Source: Candidatus Woesearchaeota archaeon (lineage in GTDB: Archaea > Nanobdellota > Nanobdellia > Woesearchaeales > GW2011-AR15). Taken from it: a stretch of DNA of 64,000 nucleotides. Numbering within the stretch: position 1 is the stretch's first letter; the number at the start of each line of letters is the position of its first letter. The stretch covers positions 57,326 to 121,325 of the forward strand of contig JAVZBY010000003.1 of assembly GCA_038874655.1 (NCBI GenBank), in the 5' to 3' direction. A model generated the notes under the pieces. The model was not told the origin of the DNA and did no database searches. It saw only the letters and a program-made list of their open reading frames with translations. This document shows, in pieces, positions 22,301 to 32,473 of this stretch. A program made the translations under genes and the position numbers.

Positions 22301-22504
22301 GAATGTAAAAATAATATATGTATAAAAAAAGATAATCCACCTAAAGAAGAAAATCCACAACCTCCAAACCCTCCTGAAAATCCACCTAATCCACCAACAA
22401 ATAAATGCAAAGAAGGAGAAATTGAATGTGGTACAGAATGCTGTAATTCATATAAACCTATATGTGAACAAAAAAACAATAAATATCAATGTAAAAACAA
22501 ATAA
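19379..22504 (+). CDS. Large secreted protein with class III (pilin-like) signal peptide and Cys-rich repeats
   Basis: MKKNQVSIFLIIG N-terminus; CGDGIINQ..EQCD repeats; Pro-rich tail. Confidence 0.7.
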   Translation: MKKNQVSIFLIIGIMIITLVLSIILLNKDNKVGSTYSSVLFTTKIQEYSNFRDLCIEKSVNNALTYNLIKEENKKDIENYIKYYLYYCLLDSPLKNTDYNIQIETPLSKDYIIEVNIYEDSIHVKGELPIKVSYQDNNKEFKKFEYILKKEKIEKIKESQKFNLISTDKYFILQIPENTKIYSKDNFQIDLLSAKFDDKEKISQNPYLEGTKVYYITDSKFSNKVKACINYIEDMLNEDSDEKNLALAWYDEERKVWVARESEINTKNKIICADFDHFSPVALVKNTYTEEKNKEKTLKWDFFIEHIHRPCSSSPDNIPKGKIIEQRPEIDKRYTGLFNKNIGTKEYEEFYETRWKFNDFKEKDERDAPHRYGVYATPQMYQTLLIRGHDNLNTEYIHISGIRALKSELYNEQNIWKFEDLNENQEINIQETKNDRITGSDMSLIKYKYSNINDWIIIPSFEPNEHAELSIEDWDDDDLYSITDNYCDDKPCLKCIDITNDKNAIEVSCDLYKEDCLKKCKSKAKEIYLEFEKKGWAPWNPSNDGILDYKYISKEQLIPNLVECKIEHGTVIGTIIDCNIDETDIATPMFWGYGNKKTGLRSSQGNYKDSPDFGYEGAGNNDHPVTYDFEIISPICDETEAKLKIKCSEKDLCIINLNNHEFRCENKECIMDVKNLLIGSEKGKNKITGYVINKRESQDVCAYVSAELILTECPSKEKIECGDGIINQNWEQCDINPEGIGKECDNGQCIMSGDLKCTCPSIGVYCGDGIINQKFEQCDLKPDGSGVNCQKGICIMTSKQRCICKEEKNYCGDNIIQRPNDDGFIEECDGTDDKSCPGQCKSDCTCPNSINTLCKVCHWDQGQPGCFREYTSNCPNSWNGHNSHQYDILVCDPNNPPIYSNGKKVDPSECKPESLCNPKCYGTGLCNKNNICDYKESCDNCPQDCGKCPSPTPQPNECKKNEIKCGNYCCSSNEECKNNICIKKDNPPKEENPQPPNPPENPPNPPTNKCKEGEIECGTECCNSYKPICEQKNNKYQCKNK

Positions 22505-22539
22505 AAACCTTTTAATATTTTTTCTTTATCTAAATTATA

Positions 22540-22998
22540 ATGCTAAAAAAAAAATATTCTGAATTGCAAAAAAAATATAATCTTCCTGATTACAATTTAA
22601 TTAATCAGGAATTTGACATAGAAGATATAAATGAAGAATCTGATTTAATCTTACAAAAAATAAGATTAAAAATATATGAAAAAATTGCTTTTTATTCTGA
22701 AATGTTTGAAAATATCTTACAACCAGAATCAAGCTTAGCTGATTTATATGAAGCACATTATATTGAAGAAAGTACAAAAAATAGCGCCTATTCAATTTAT
22801 AAAAAATTAATAAAAATATTAAGAAAATCCTCATTAGTTTCATTAAACAATAGTGAACAAGAAAATGCAAAATTTATAATAGAAAGCTATAACGAATGGA
22901 ACAACTTAAAAAGTGAAATAGAAAAACACTTAAAAAGAAGATTAACTTTATGGGAAAAAGAAACTGATATAAGAGAAGATTTAAGTTATTTTGGATAA
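22540..22998 (+). CDS. Hypothetical helical protein
   Basis: 152-aa ORF with codon usage typical of the window. Confidence 0.6.
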   Translation: MLKKKYSELQKKYNLPDYNLINQEFDIEDINEESDLILQKIRLKIYEKIAFYSEMFENILQPESSLADLYEAHYIEESTKNSAYSIYKKLIKILRKSSLVSLNNSEQENAKFIIESYNEWNNLKSEIEKHLKRRLTLWEKETDIREDLSYFG

Positions 22999-23079
22999 AA
23001 GGTTTTTGGATAAAAAGTTATTAAAATTATATAATATAAAAAAAATAACAATATAAAATAATAATATTGATGTGAGAGA

Positions 23080-23727
23080 ATGAATATAATATTTTTAGGT
23101 CCTCCTGGTTCTGGAAAGGGAACTCAAGCAAAATTACTTTCTGAAAAATTAAAAATACCACATATATCAACAGGAGATATTTTTAGAGAAAACATAAAAA
23201 ATCAAACAGAACTAGGCAAAAAAGCATCTGAATTTATTAATAATGGTTTACTAGTCTCTGATGAAATCACAAATAATATGATAAAAGAAAGATTAAATAG
23301 AAACGATTGTAAAAATGGTTTTATATTAGATGGCTATCCAAGAACAATAGCACAAGCAGAATTTCTAGACACAATAGCTAAAATAGATAAAATAATAAAC
23401 TTTGAATTAGATGACGAAGAAATAATAAAAAGAATTTCTGGCAGAAGAACTTGTCCTAATTGTAATTCTGTTTATAATATTTATAGTGCAAAACCTAAAA
23501 AAGAAAATATATGTGATAAATGTGGTTCAGAATTAAAGCAAAGAGATGATGAAAAACCTGGTGTAGTTAAAAAAAGATTAGAAGTATATAGAAAAGAAAC
23601 AAAACCTTTAATAGATTATTATAAAAAAAAAAATAAAGACTTATTCTATAATATTAGTGCATATTCTAAAATAGAGGAAGTATTTAAAAAATTATTAGAT
23701 ACTATTAACTTATATAAAATTAGATAA
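23080..23727 (+). CDS. adk: Adenylate kinase (bacterial-type, Zn LID)
   Basis: GPPGSGKGTQA, HISTGD, LDGYPR, and CxxC...CxxC LID. Confidence 0.97.
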   Translation: MNIIFLGPPGSGKGTQAKLLSEKLKIPHISTGDIFRENIKNQTELGKKASEFINNGLLVSDEITNNMIKERLNRNDCKNGFILDGYPRTIAQAEFLDTIAKIDKIINFELDDEEIIKRISGRRTCPNCNSVYNIYSAKPKKENICDKCGSELKQRDDEKPGVVKKRLEVYRKETKPLIDYYKKKNKDLFYNISAYSKIEEVFKKLLDTINLYKIR

Positions 23728-23839
23728 AAAAATAGATAAAACACTATAAAACGAAAAAATATTTAAACTTGATTTCTTATCAAAAAAATGTATACTGGTT
23801 TATAAATTATTTTGTTATTATAAATAGGAAAATCAAGAG

Positions 23840-26800
23840 GTGGGGAGAATGAATAAGAAAAAAATTTTCTTATTTTTCATAAGTATAATCATATTATCTA
23901 TTATCTTAAACTTTACATTTGGACAATTTAATACATTAAAAAAAGTTGCTTGTACAGATGATATGAAACAATGTCCTGATGGGAGTTATGTTACTAGAAA
24001 CCCTCTTAATAATTGTAATTTTTATCCTTGCCCTGGAGAAGAGACTAACATAAACCAATGCATTGATAGTGATGGATTAAATTTTACAAAAAAAAGCACT
24101 ACAATTAATAATCTAGAAAGAAAAACTGATAGTTGCTTATTAGATATAAATAATAAAGAATCATTTTATATTTATGGAAAATATTTAGCTGAATATTATT
24201 GTAATAATAATAAAATTAATGTCACTTATATAGATTGTCGCTATGGCTGTATTGATGGTGCATGCTACACTAAAGAACCAAATTGCACAACTATTGGAAC
24301 AGTAATGTATGTTGATCCTTATGGTTATGGTTATATTGGCTGTGATATTATTGCTGAAGGGCCAATTGATCCTGATAAAAGTATATGCATTAGTTCAAAA
24401 ACAAGAAAAAATATTTCTTTATTAATACAGGAAAAAGTTAAAGAAAATATTTATCATTATTATAACACATTAACGGGTTTAGATCCAAATGAAGAAGTTA
24501 GAGTTTATATCAGAACTTTTTATAATGGAACTAAAGAATGTTATCCTCCATTAAATAAAAAAGAATCACTCTATTCTATACAAACAAATACCACAAATCA
24601 AGAAACAAATACAACTAATTTAAATTGTAGCAAAGAAGGAGAAATGTGTGGTGGCTTTGCAGGTTATTTATGCTGTGATGGATTAAAATGTAAATATGAG
24701 AATGGTTTTATAACTTATCCTGATGAATCTGGAGTTTGTGTTCCTATACAAGAAAAAATTCAATGTCAAGATACTGATTATTATAATCTAAGCATTCCTG
24801 GAAATTCAACCAAAGGTAATATAATTAAAAAAGACACATGCTATTATGATGATAATTTAAAAGAATTTTCAGCTTCAAGATCTGGAAAATACCTAGCAGA
24901 ATATTATTGTGATAATAACAATATTAATGTTAGCTATGAAGAATGTTTTATGGGTTGTTATAAATCTGCATGTTATGATAAACTCCCTAAATGTAAAACT
25001 CTTCCAACAACCATAGACAATCAAGGAACTATTGTATGTAACATTTTAGTTGAGGGCCCTATTGATCAATTTAATAGTTATTGTATTGGTGAAAGCACTC
25101 GTAAAAATAAAAGTTTTGCTTATCAAAGAGAAATAAATCAAACAACAGATTTATATTCAACAACCTTAACAAATTTAAACCCCACTGAAAAAGTAAGAGC
25201 CTTCATAAAAAGTTATTATTATAATTCTACATTTGAGTGTTATCCTCAATTAAATAGTCTCTCACAAAACAATGTGAATAATTTATTAGAAGAATCCCTA
25301 TCATATAAAAGTGCTTATTGGATATGTCAAGATGGAACTGAAGTCAATCAAGAAAGTCAAACCTCTTGTAATACTTATGCAGGTTGGTTTACAATCGCAA
25401 ATGAATTTTGTAAAGATAAATGCTCTTTAATTAATAATTCATGTGGTATATTAAATTTCATAATCGGTGAACAATGTAATAATATTGAACATGAATCCCC
25501 CCTAATATCTTATACCTTAGAAACAAATAAAAAAGTATATGAATATGGTGAAACTGTAAAAATAATTGGCACAGTAATCGGTACTAATAACTCTGAAGTA
25601 AAAACTTGGATTCAAACACCTGATAAAAAAATAAGATTATTAAATGTTAATAAAGAATGTGAACGATGCACTTTAATAAATTGTATTAACAAATGCTACT
25701 ATACTAGTGAATATAAAATAGGTGATGAAACCTCATTTAGAAGCAATGAAGAAATAGAACCTCCTACACCAATAAGACAAGATACTAGTACTTCTACCAA
25801 CATGATGACTGGATATGTTGTACTACCTAATCAAGTATATAATGTTTTTTCAAGAGCAATAACTATTATCAACAATACTGAATATGTTAATAATGCAACA
25901 ACTTCTTTTGGTGTATCTATTAATGAGACTAATATTGAGCTAAAGGTTAACGCAAACGAATTACCTTTTGTGGCAGTCCTATTAAAGAATAAGGAAAAGC
26001 TACCTGTAGAGATCCAGGTTAAAGATATAAAAATCTATAAATATATAAATAATGAAAAAGTAGAATTAAAAGATTTATGTAATTCAAATATAAAAAATAG
26101 AGATGTAAATATAGGTTCTAATGAACTTATAGAGATTTCTAGTTGGAATAAAAAATTAAAAAATCAAGAAAATAATGAATGTAACTATAATGCAAACTCT
26201 GGAATTTACGAAGCTGAAGTTGAATACTCAATAAAAAATACTGATACAAGCATATTCAAATCTAAAACATTTTTAGTATTAGACCCTCAAGCAAATAGTT
26301 GTAATCCTGTTTGTAAAGCAATTTCTACTAATAATGAAGGATGGTATAATTCATGTACAGGTGTTTTATTAAAGTATGAAAAATGTAGTATTACCTCAAA
26401 AGAATACAATCAACCTAAAGAAAATGGAGAATATTGTTTAGCGAATAAAGAGTGTATTAGTAATAGTTGTTCTAATAATAAATGTACAAAGAAAGAAAGC
26501 ATTTTAGATATTATAAAAAGATGGCTAAATGGTTGCACTCCAAGTGATGAAATATGTGATGGAAAAGATAATAACTGCAATAATTTAGTTGACGAAGGCT
26601 GTATATACTGTAGTGATACTGACAAAGGATTTAATGTATATACAAAAGGTATAGTCAATGGAAGAGATAATATAAATATTTATACAAAAACAGACAACTG
26701 CAGAGATAATTATAATTTAACTGAATTTTATTGTTATAAGGACATAGTTTACAATAAAACATATAGATGTCCTTATGGATGTAATGATGGAAGATGTTTA

Positions 26801-27694
26801 GAAACTAGTAATCCTAAAACAGTTAATGTAATGGTAATAAATATAGAACCAAAAATAAACGGAATCAATTTAACAAGATATATGAAATGGAATAGTATTG
26901 ACTATTTAATTGATGGTTATATTAAAGACATTTATAATGCTAGTAATGGATATATCAAATATAAAGTTGTAAATTATACTTATAGTGATGAATTTCCAAT
27001 TAAAAAAGATGGATTTAGATATAATGAAAATACTTATCTACAATGTTTGAATAATCATGAACTATGCCATATGCCTGATGAAGTTGATTATGAAATATTA
27101 TTATCAAAATTTAAAGTATGTGATTTAGTTAATAAAGGTTTAATTACAGAAGTTTGGATTTTTAATGGACCATTTTTTGGATTTTACGAAGCAAATATGG
27201 CTGGTCCTGGTTGGGAGACAAACGGTCCTGTAATTGAAAATACAGATTGCTTAAAACCTGTTCATATTATGGGATTTAGTTATGAAAGACAAATTGAAGA
27301 GATGTTAGAAGACTTTGGACATCGTGTTGAGGGAACAATGGAATATTTTGTTTTTAATGAAATTCCAAATAACCCATGGAAAAATTTTACATATAATCAT
27401 AATAGTAAAGAAAAATTAAAACCAATAGATGTGTTTGGTTGTGGTAATGTGCATTTTGCACCTAATAGTCACCAAGACTATGAATGGAGTAACAAAGAAA
27501 CAGTAAAATCCAATTGTGATGATTGGTATAACTATCCAAATCTAAAAGGAATAGTTACTAATGTTAATTGCGATATTTGGGATTGTAATGCAAGAGAACA
27601 TAAAAAATGGTGGCTTAAACATATACCTAATGCACCAGGAAAAACAAACGGTATTTCAAATAATTGGTGGGACTATTTTGTAATAACTAGATAA
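23840..27694 (+). CDS. Large Cys-rich secreted protein with C-terminal putative metallopeptidase-like domain
   Basis: Signal peptide; CT.D..CPDGS.V.R module; C.DSDG repeats; EICDGKDNNC motif; EDFGHRVE. Confidence 0.7.
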   Translation: MGRMNKKKIFLFFISIIILSIILNFTFGQFNTLKKVACTDDMKQCPDGSYVTRNPLNNCNFYPCPGEETNINQCIDSDGLNFTKKSTTINNLERKTDSCLLDINNKESFYIYGKYLAEYYCNNNKINVTYIDCRYGCIDGACYTKEPNCTTIGTVMYVDPYGYGYIGCDIIAEGPIDPDKSICISSKTRKNISLLIQEKVKENIYHYYNTLTGLDPNEEVRVYIRTFYNGTKECYPPLNKKESLYSIQTNTTNQETNTTNLNCSKEGEMCGGFAGYLCCDGLKCKYENGFITYPDESGVCVPIQEKIQCQDTDYYNLSIPGNSTKGNIIKKDTCYYDDNLKEFSASRSGKYLAEYYCDNNNINVSYEECFMGCYKSACYDKLPKCKTLPTTIDNQGTIVCNILVEGPIDQFNSYCIGESTRKNKSFAYQREINQTTDLYSTTLTNLNPTEKVRAFIKSYYYNSTFECYPQLNSLSQNNVNNLLEESLSYKSAYWICQDGTEVNQESQTSCNTYAGWFTIANEFCKDKCSLINNSCGILNFIIGEQCNNIEHESPLISYTLETNKKVYEYGETVKIIGTVIGTNNSEVKTWIQTPDKKIRLLNVNKECERCTLINCINKCYYTSEYKIGDETSFRSNEEIEPPTPIRQDTSTSTNMMTGYVVLPNQVYNVFSRAITIINNTEYVNNATTSFGVSINETNIELKVNANELPFVAVLLKNKEKLPVEIQVKDIKIYKYINNEKVELKDLCNSNIKNRDVNIGSNELIEISSWNKKLKNQENNECNYNANSGIYEAEVEYSIKNTDTSIFKSKTFLVLDPQANSCNPVCKAISTNNEGWYNSCTGVLLKYEKCSITSKEYNQPKENGEYCLANKECISNSCSNNKCTKKESILDIIKRWLNGCTPSDEICDGKDNNCNNLVDEGCIYCSDTDKGFNVYTKGIVNGRDNINIYTKTDNCRDNYNLTEFYCYKDIVYNKTYRCPYGCNDGRCLETSNPKTVNVMVINIEPKINGINLTRYMKWNSIDYLIDGYIKDIYNASNGYIKYKVVNYTYSDEFPIKKDGFRYNENTYLQCLNNHELCHMPDEVDYEILLSKFKVCDLVNKGLITEVWIFNGPFFGFYEANMAGPGWETNGPVIENTDCLKPVHIMGFSYERQIEEMLEDFGHRVEGTMEYFVFNEIPNNPWKNFTYNHNSKEKLKPIDVFGCGNVHFAPNSHQDYEWSNKETVKSNCDDWYNYPNLKGIVTNVNCDIWDCNAREHKKWWLKHIPNAPGKTNGISNNWWDYFVITR

Positions 27695-27747
27695 AAAATA
27701 AAAGGGAAAATAAAACAAAAAATATAAAATTTTAGGAGGAATTAAAA

Positions 27748-30201
27748 ATGAATAAAAAATTAAAAACAAAAACTATTTTTTTATTTTTTATAATAAGTGT
27801 TTTTCTTATAACTTTTGTTTATGGACAAATTAGTAATTCACTATCAAGAATTGCTTGTACTAATGATGTTTTACAATGCACTGATGGAAGTTTTGTTACA
27901 AGAAACCCAAATAATAACTGCAATTTCTATCCTTGTCCTAATGAACAAGCAACAACCTCTTGTACAGACAGCGATGGTTTAGATTATCAAAAAAAAGGTT
28001 TTACTACATGGTATGTTAATAATGAAAAAATAACTTATGAGGACATGTGTGTATTACAAACAACAAACATAAACTATGAAAAAAAAGATTCTTGTAGCGG
28101 TAAAAATTGTTTTTTAGTTGAAAATTTTTGTAGTGATAATACTGCAAAAACAAAAATTATTTCTTGTGAAGATGGTTGCTCTGAAGGTTTTTGTTCATCT
28201 AAAATTCCAGAAGAACCAACCTGTCAAACTATTAAAAGTGAAATGATAATAGATTATGATGGAACTGGATATATATATTGTAATGTTTCTGTTTCTGGAA
28301 ATTTTAATATAGAAAAAAGTTATTGTATGAGTGAAAAAGGTAAAATATCTTATTTAAGAAAAACTAGTACTAATAATTTATATTATACTATATTATATAA
28401 TTTAGATCCTACAGAAGAGGTTAATGCATTTATAGTTACAAATACAGGAAAAACAATACTTTGTTTACCAACTTTAAATCAAAATAAGTTACATTTAGAA
28501 GGTGTTGAAGTAGAAGTACTTAATTCTAAGCAGGATGTTATTGTTAATGAATCTTTATTTATTCATGTATATTTTATAAATGATGGTGAATCTAATATTA
28601 TATTACAAAAATTACAAGAATTTGTCCCAATGATTGTTGGTCAATCGTTATATAAAGTTAAAGATTTTCAAGGTATTTGGACAGATATTAATGGAAATGA
28701 ATTAAATTATAAAAATTACCCCTATGGCATACCAAAAGGTGTAAAAGTAAAATATACCTTAAAAGGATATTTTACACAATCAGGTAATAATATTATATTA
28801 GCCTATTCAAAAGGTTCTAAAGTATCAAAAAATATAGAAGTTAAAGAATCTAACAATCAATACTTAAATAATTATTTTAGAAAAATTACATTTATATGTC
28901 AAAATGGTGTTTCTTATAGTCAAGGGAGTTTTTCATGTAAGTCATCTAGCGAATGGCTAAAAATTGCAAATTCAATTTGTAAAGAAAAATGTAAAGAAGA
29001 TACTTGTGGTGTTGCCTCATATTACTTTGATTATGAATGCAAAGAAGAAAAAAAGGATAACATCATCTTTAAAATAAAAACTGATAAAGAATTTTATAAC
29101 TATGGTGAAACTGTTAATATTTTAGGTATATTAGAAGGTTCAAAATATTTCGAAGTAAAAACTTATGTCCAAACCTCTGAAGAGATATATGAATTACCTG
29201 TAAATAAAAATTGTGAAAAGACTTGTATAGAAAACCAATGTAATATAATATGCTATTACAATAGTAATTATATTATAGGCAATAAATATCCTCTTGCTGA
29301 AATTTCTAAAGAAGAATTTAAAAATAAATATTTATCATCTCAAATAACAGGTTTAGTTGTTATGCCATCAAACAATTATAATGTGTATTCAGAAGCAAAA
29401 GACATTTCTAATAATATCTACCAAGCATCGACATCATTCAGCGTATATTTAAAAGAAGAAGATATATTATTAAATTTGAATTTAATTGAAGATGAAAATA
29501 CACTATCTCTAAATGTATATAATCCTAATAATATTGAGGTTATAGCAAATATAGAAGATATTAAAATATATAAATACATAAATGGTGTTGAATATGAATT
29601 AGCAAAAAATTGTGAAAATACTGCCTTTAAAACACAATTTAGATTATATCCAAAGGAGAATACAAGATTTTATGTCTGGGATAAATATTTTTACATAACC
29701 AAAGATTCAAATTGTGAAAAAGTTTTAGCTGATAATGGTTTATATAAAATTGAAGTAATATATAATTTACAACAGCTTACACAAACAAAAAAAATAAGCA
29801 AAATATTTGAAATAAAAAAAAGTAGTAGTAATAGCAATAACAATAATTGCGAACTAAAATGTGCTGCAATAGGAACTGAAAAAGAAGGTTGGTATGATTC
29901 ATGTACAGGAATTTTAGTAAAATATGAAAAATGCAGCAATTGTGATGGTTGTTATGTAAAAAATAAATGTCTACCCTATGGAGCTAGAATAAAAGAAGAG
30001 GGAATTGCTTATTATTGCTCTTTTGACAATAAATTAGAACTTCAAAAACAGAATGAAGAAAGATGCATAAATAACTTTGAATGTTTAAGCAATACTTGTT
30101 TAAATGAATTGTGCATTGATGTTTCAAAAGAAATAAACGAAACCAAAAGTTTAGTCCAAACAATTATAGATTTTTTACAAAAAATCTTTGGAAGAAAATA
30201 G
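27748..30201 (+). CDS. Cys-rich secreted protein, tandem paralog of 23840..27694
   Basis: Shared modules (ACTND..CTDGS, LDPTEEV, YGETV, EGWYDSCTG); GGAGG SD upstream. Confidence 0.75.
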   Translation: MNKKLKTKTIFLFFIISVFLITFVYGQISNSLSRIACTNDVLQCTDGSFVTRNPNNNCNFYPCPNEQATTSCTDSDGLDYQKKGFTTWYVNNEKITYEDMCVLQTTNINYEKKDSCSGKNCFLVENFCSDNTAKTKIISCEDGCSEGFCSSKIPEEPTCQTIKSEMIIDYDGTGYIYCNVSVSGNFNIEKSYCMSEKGKISYLRKTSTNNLYYTILYNLDPTEEVNAFIVTNTGKTILCLPTLNQNKLHLEGVEVEVLNSKQDVIVNESLFIHVYFINDGESNIILQKLQEFVPMIVGQSLYKVKDFQGIWTDINGNELNYKNYPYGIPKGVKVKYTLKGYFTQSGNNIILAYSKGSKVSKNIEVKESNNQYLNNYFRKITFICQNGVSYSQGSFSCKSSSEWLKIANSICKEKCKEDTCGVASYYFDYECKEEKKDNIIFKIKTDKEFYNYGETVNILGILEGSKYFEVKTYVQTSEEIYELPVNKNCEKTCIENQCNIICYYNSNYIIGNKYPLAEISKEEFKNKYLSSQITGLVVMPSNNYNVYSEAKDISNNIYQASTSFSVYLKEEDILLNLNLIEDENTLSLNVYNPNNIEVIANIEDIKIYKYINGVEYELAKNCENTAFKTQFRLYPKENTRFYVWDKYFYITKDSNCEKVLADNGLYKIEVIYNLQQLTQTKKISKIFEIKKSSSNSNNNNCELKCAAIGTEKEGWYDSCTGILVKYEKCSNCDGCYVKNKCLPYGARIKEEGIAYYCSFDNKLELQKQNEERCINNFECLSNTCLNELCIDVSKEINETKSLVQTIIDFLQKIFGRK

Positions 30202-31275
30202 AAATTTTATAAAAATTGTTGCATAACTTCCTTTACTTAATGTAAAGGAAATTTTTATTTTTTTCTTTTCTATTTTTGATTCTTTTTCTAAGTTATTTTT
30301 TAAATCATCTACACCATAATCTAAAACATTAATATCACTAGCACTTGTAATTAAATCTCTATAACTACCAAATGCTGTTAAATCTGGAATCTGTCTTATA
30401 ACAAAATCACTTAATAAGATATTCTCTCTTTTTAATATTTTTTCATAAATTTCTGTAATTTCTTTCTTTTCAAATGAAGTATCAAAAGAAATTAAAGGAA
30501 CTTCAATATTTTCAATTTTCTCATTAGTAAAAACAAATTTTTTTATTATCTTTTTTTTTGTTTCACCTAGATGATAATCAACCTCAAAATAACTTTTTAC
30601 CTTTTTTTTAATATATTCTGCACAAAACTCATTAAATAAATAACTTTGAACAGAATTTATATACATTGTTAATATATTAAAAGGCATTTTTTTTATTGCT
30701 CCAACATAATCATTTTTATTAAGAGTTAAATATTTTTTAACTTCATTTGAATCAATTAATTCTGATGCTCTTTTAAAATCCTTTTTTATTAGAGAATATC
30801 CAATCTCATAATTATTCTTACTAAATCTTTGCTCATCAAAATAATTAATAAAATCAATATTCTTATGGGAATTTTTTTTATTATATAATTTAGCCAAAAG
30901 AAAGTCCATCTCTTTTTTAGATAAATCTCTTATAGTTATTGTAAATTTATTCCCTTTCAAACAACCTAATGAAATTGGCTCATTATAAAAACCTAAAAAT
31001 TTTATTTTAAAAAAATCTCTTTCTAAATTATTTATTTTTTTATTTGTTTTTATTGAAAAATATTGTCTAGTAATTGCCTTTCTATCTTTATTTCCAGCAT
31101 ATGAAAAAAATTTTCTGTGAATTTTAAAAATCTCACTTAATTTTTGGATTACCTTTTCTGTATCATAATCTTTCTTTTCAAGCAAAAAAATTTGATAATC
31201 CCCCTTATCTAATAGATTTGTAAACAGAGGTATTTCTTCTACAATAAAATCCTCTGGAATTTGTTTAATTATCAT
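30175..31275 (-). CDS. truD: tRNA pseudouridine(13) synthase
   Basis: KQIPEDFIVEE, YAGNKDRKAITRQ, GNKFTI, NYFDEQRF and GSYAT motifs. Confidence 0.95.
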   Translation of the reverse strand: MIIKQIPEDFIVEEIPLFTNLLDKGDYQIFLLEKKDYDTEKVIQKLSEIFKIHRKFFSYAGNKDRKAITRQYFSIKTNKKINNLERDFFKIKFLGFYNEPISLGCLKGNKFTITIRDLSKKEMDFLLAKLYNKKNSHKNIDFINYFDEQRFSKNNYEIGYSLIKKDFKRASELIDSNEVKKYLTLNKNDYVGAIKKMPFNILTMYINSVQSYLFNEFCAEYIKKKVKSYFEVDYHLGETKKKIIKKFVFTNEKIENIEVPLISFDTSFEKKEITEIYEKILKRENILLSDFVIRQIPDLTAFGSYRDLITSASDINVLDYGVDDLKNNLEKESKIEKKKIKISFTLSKGSYATIFIKFLFSSKDFL

Positions 31276-31345
31276 AAAAAAAAGAAATAAAAAGAAGATA
31301 ATAAAATTATCCTAAGCATATTTAATAAACATTTATTTAAAATAA

Positions 31346-32239
31346 CTATCTTAAAAACTTCAAAAATTTTTCAAAAATACTAATTTTATTTTGTTTCAAA
31401 TCTTTTTCAATAAATTCATTAACATATGCTTCCTTTTTTTTATCACTTAAACTATTTACAAAATCATTTAATAACATTTTTTTTCCAACATTATCAAATT
31501 GTTCTAATTTTTGGTTATAACTTGTTTCAGAAAAAGTATTATGTTGTCCAAAAGGCAGTAATGGAGGTGGTGGCATTATCGGTTTTTTTGTTATTGAATC
31601 TTTTTCTATTTCTAAAGTTTTGTCTTTATTAAAATTATTTGATATTAAAGAATTTGACAAAAGTTCTTTATTTAAACTAAAATTTTGATTACTATTTGAT
31701 AAACTGGAAGTATCTATTTTGTTAGTTAAAGTTTTTTGAAAATCTAAATTTTGAAAACTTAATATTTTCTTAAAGTCAATATCCTCTAATTTTTCAAAGA
31801 TATGAAACTCTGGATTAAATTCAATCTGCCTATTTGAGAATATCTTGTTATCATTTGTATTAGTGAGATTATAAAAATTATTTTGCAACTCATATTTATA
31901 TAAATCATATAACTTATTACCTAATTTTAATATTCCCTTTTTATTTTTATTAAATTTCTCATGCAATAATACATAATTTAGTTTTTCGGCTATCTTTTCT
32001 ACAGCTTCTTTTGAATTTTTAGCGTTTCTTAACTCATCAGCTAACTCCTTATCTAAAAAAACATGCTCTATCCAATTTGAAAAATGATTTTCTTTTTCAT
32101 TGACATAAGAAAAATAAAAATCATCACCTCTTTCTTGTAATTCTTTTTTTAATTCATACAAATTTTTTAATTCTCCAAAATAAGTTTTAAAAGTTTTTTC
32201 TAGAGGACAATCTCTATTAATAAGAAATTCATCATACAT
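31346..32239 (-). CDS. Hypothetical protein with N-terminal DUF5752-like domain
   Basis: NHFSNWIEHVFLDKELADEL motif. Confidence 0.5.
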   Translation of the reverse strand: MYDEFLINRDCPLEKTFKTYFGELKNLYELKKELQERGDDFYFSYVNEKENHFSNWIEHVFLDKELADELRNAKNSKEAVEKIAEKLNYVLLHEKFNKNKKGILKLGNKLYDLYKYELQNNFYNLTNTNDNKIFSNRQIEFNPEFHIFEKLEDIDFKKILSFQNLDFQKTLTNKIDTSSLSNSNQNFSLNKELLSNSLISNNFNKDKTLEIEKDSITKKPIMPPPPLLPFGQHNTFSETSYNQKLEQFDNVGKKMLLNDFVNSLSDKKKEAYVNEFIEKDLKQNKISIFEKFLKFLR

Positions 32240-32473
32240 TTATCCCACCAATTCATGTTAAAAAACATAAATTATTAAATCTATCGATTTTTAAAAATTT
32301 AATCTAAAAAGTAAAAATATACAATAGCTTTATAAAAAAGATATTAAAAATATAAAAAATAAGAAAAATTTATTAAATCAAAGTTTCTATTAAAAAATAT
32401 TAGCATTAAAAGAATAATTATAAAAGCATAATAAGTTTTATAAATGACTTAAAATTCTAAAAGGTTGATAAAA

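Noticed and set aside
22330-22400. Pro-rich PPNPP tandem sequence
   Set aside because: Low-complexity protein linker, not an independent DNA element
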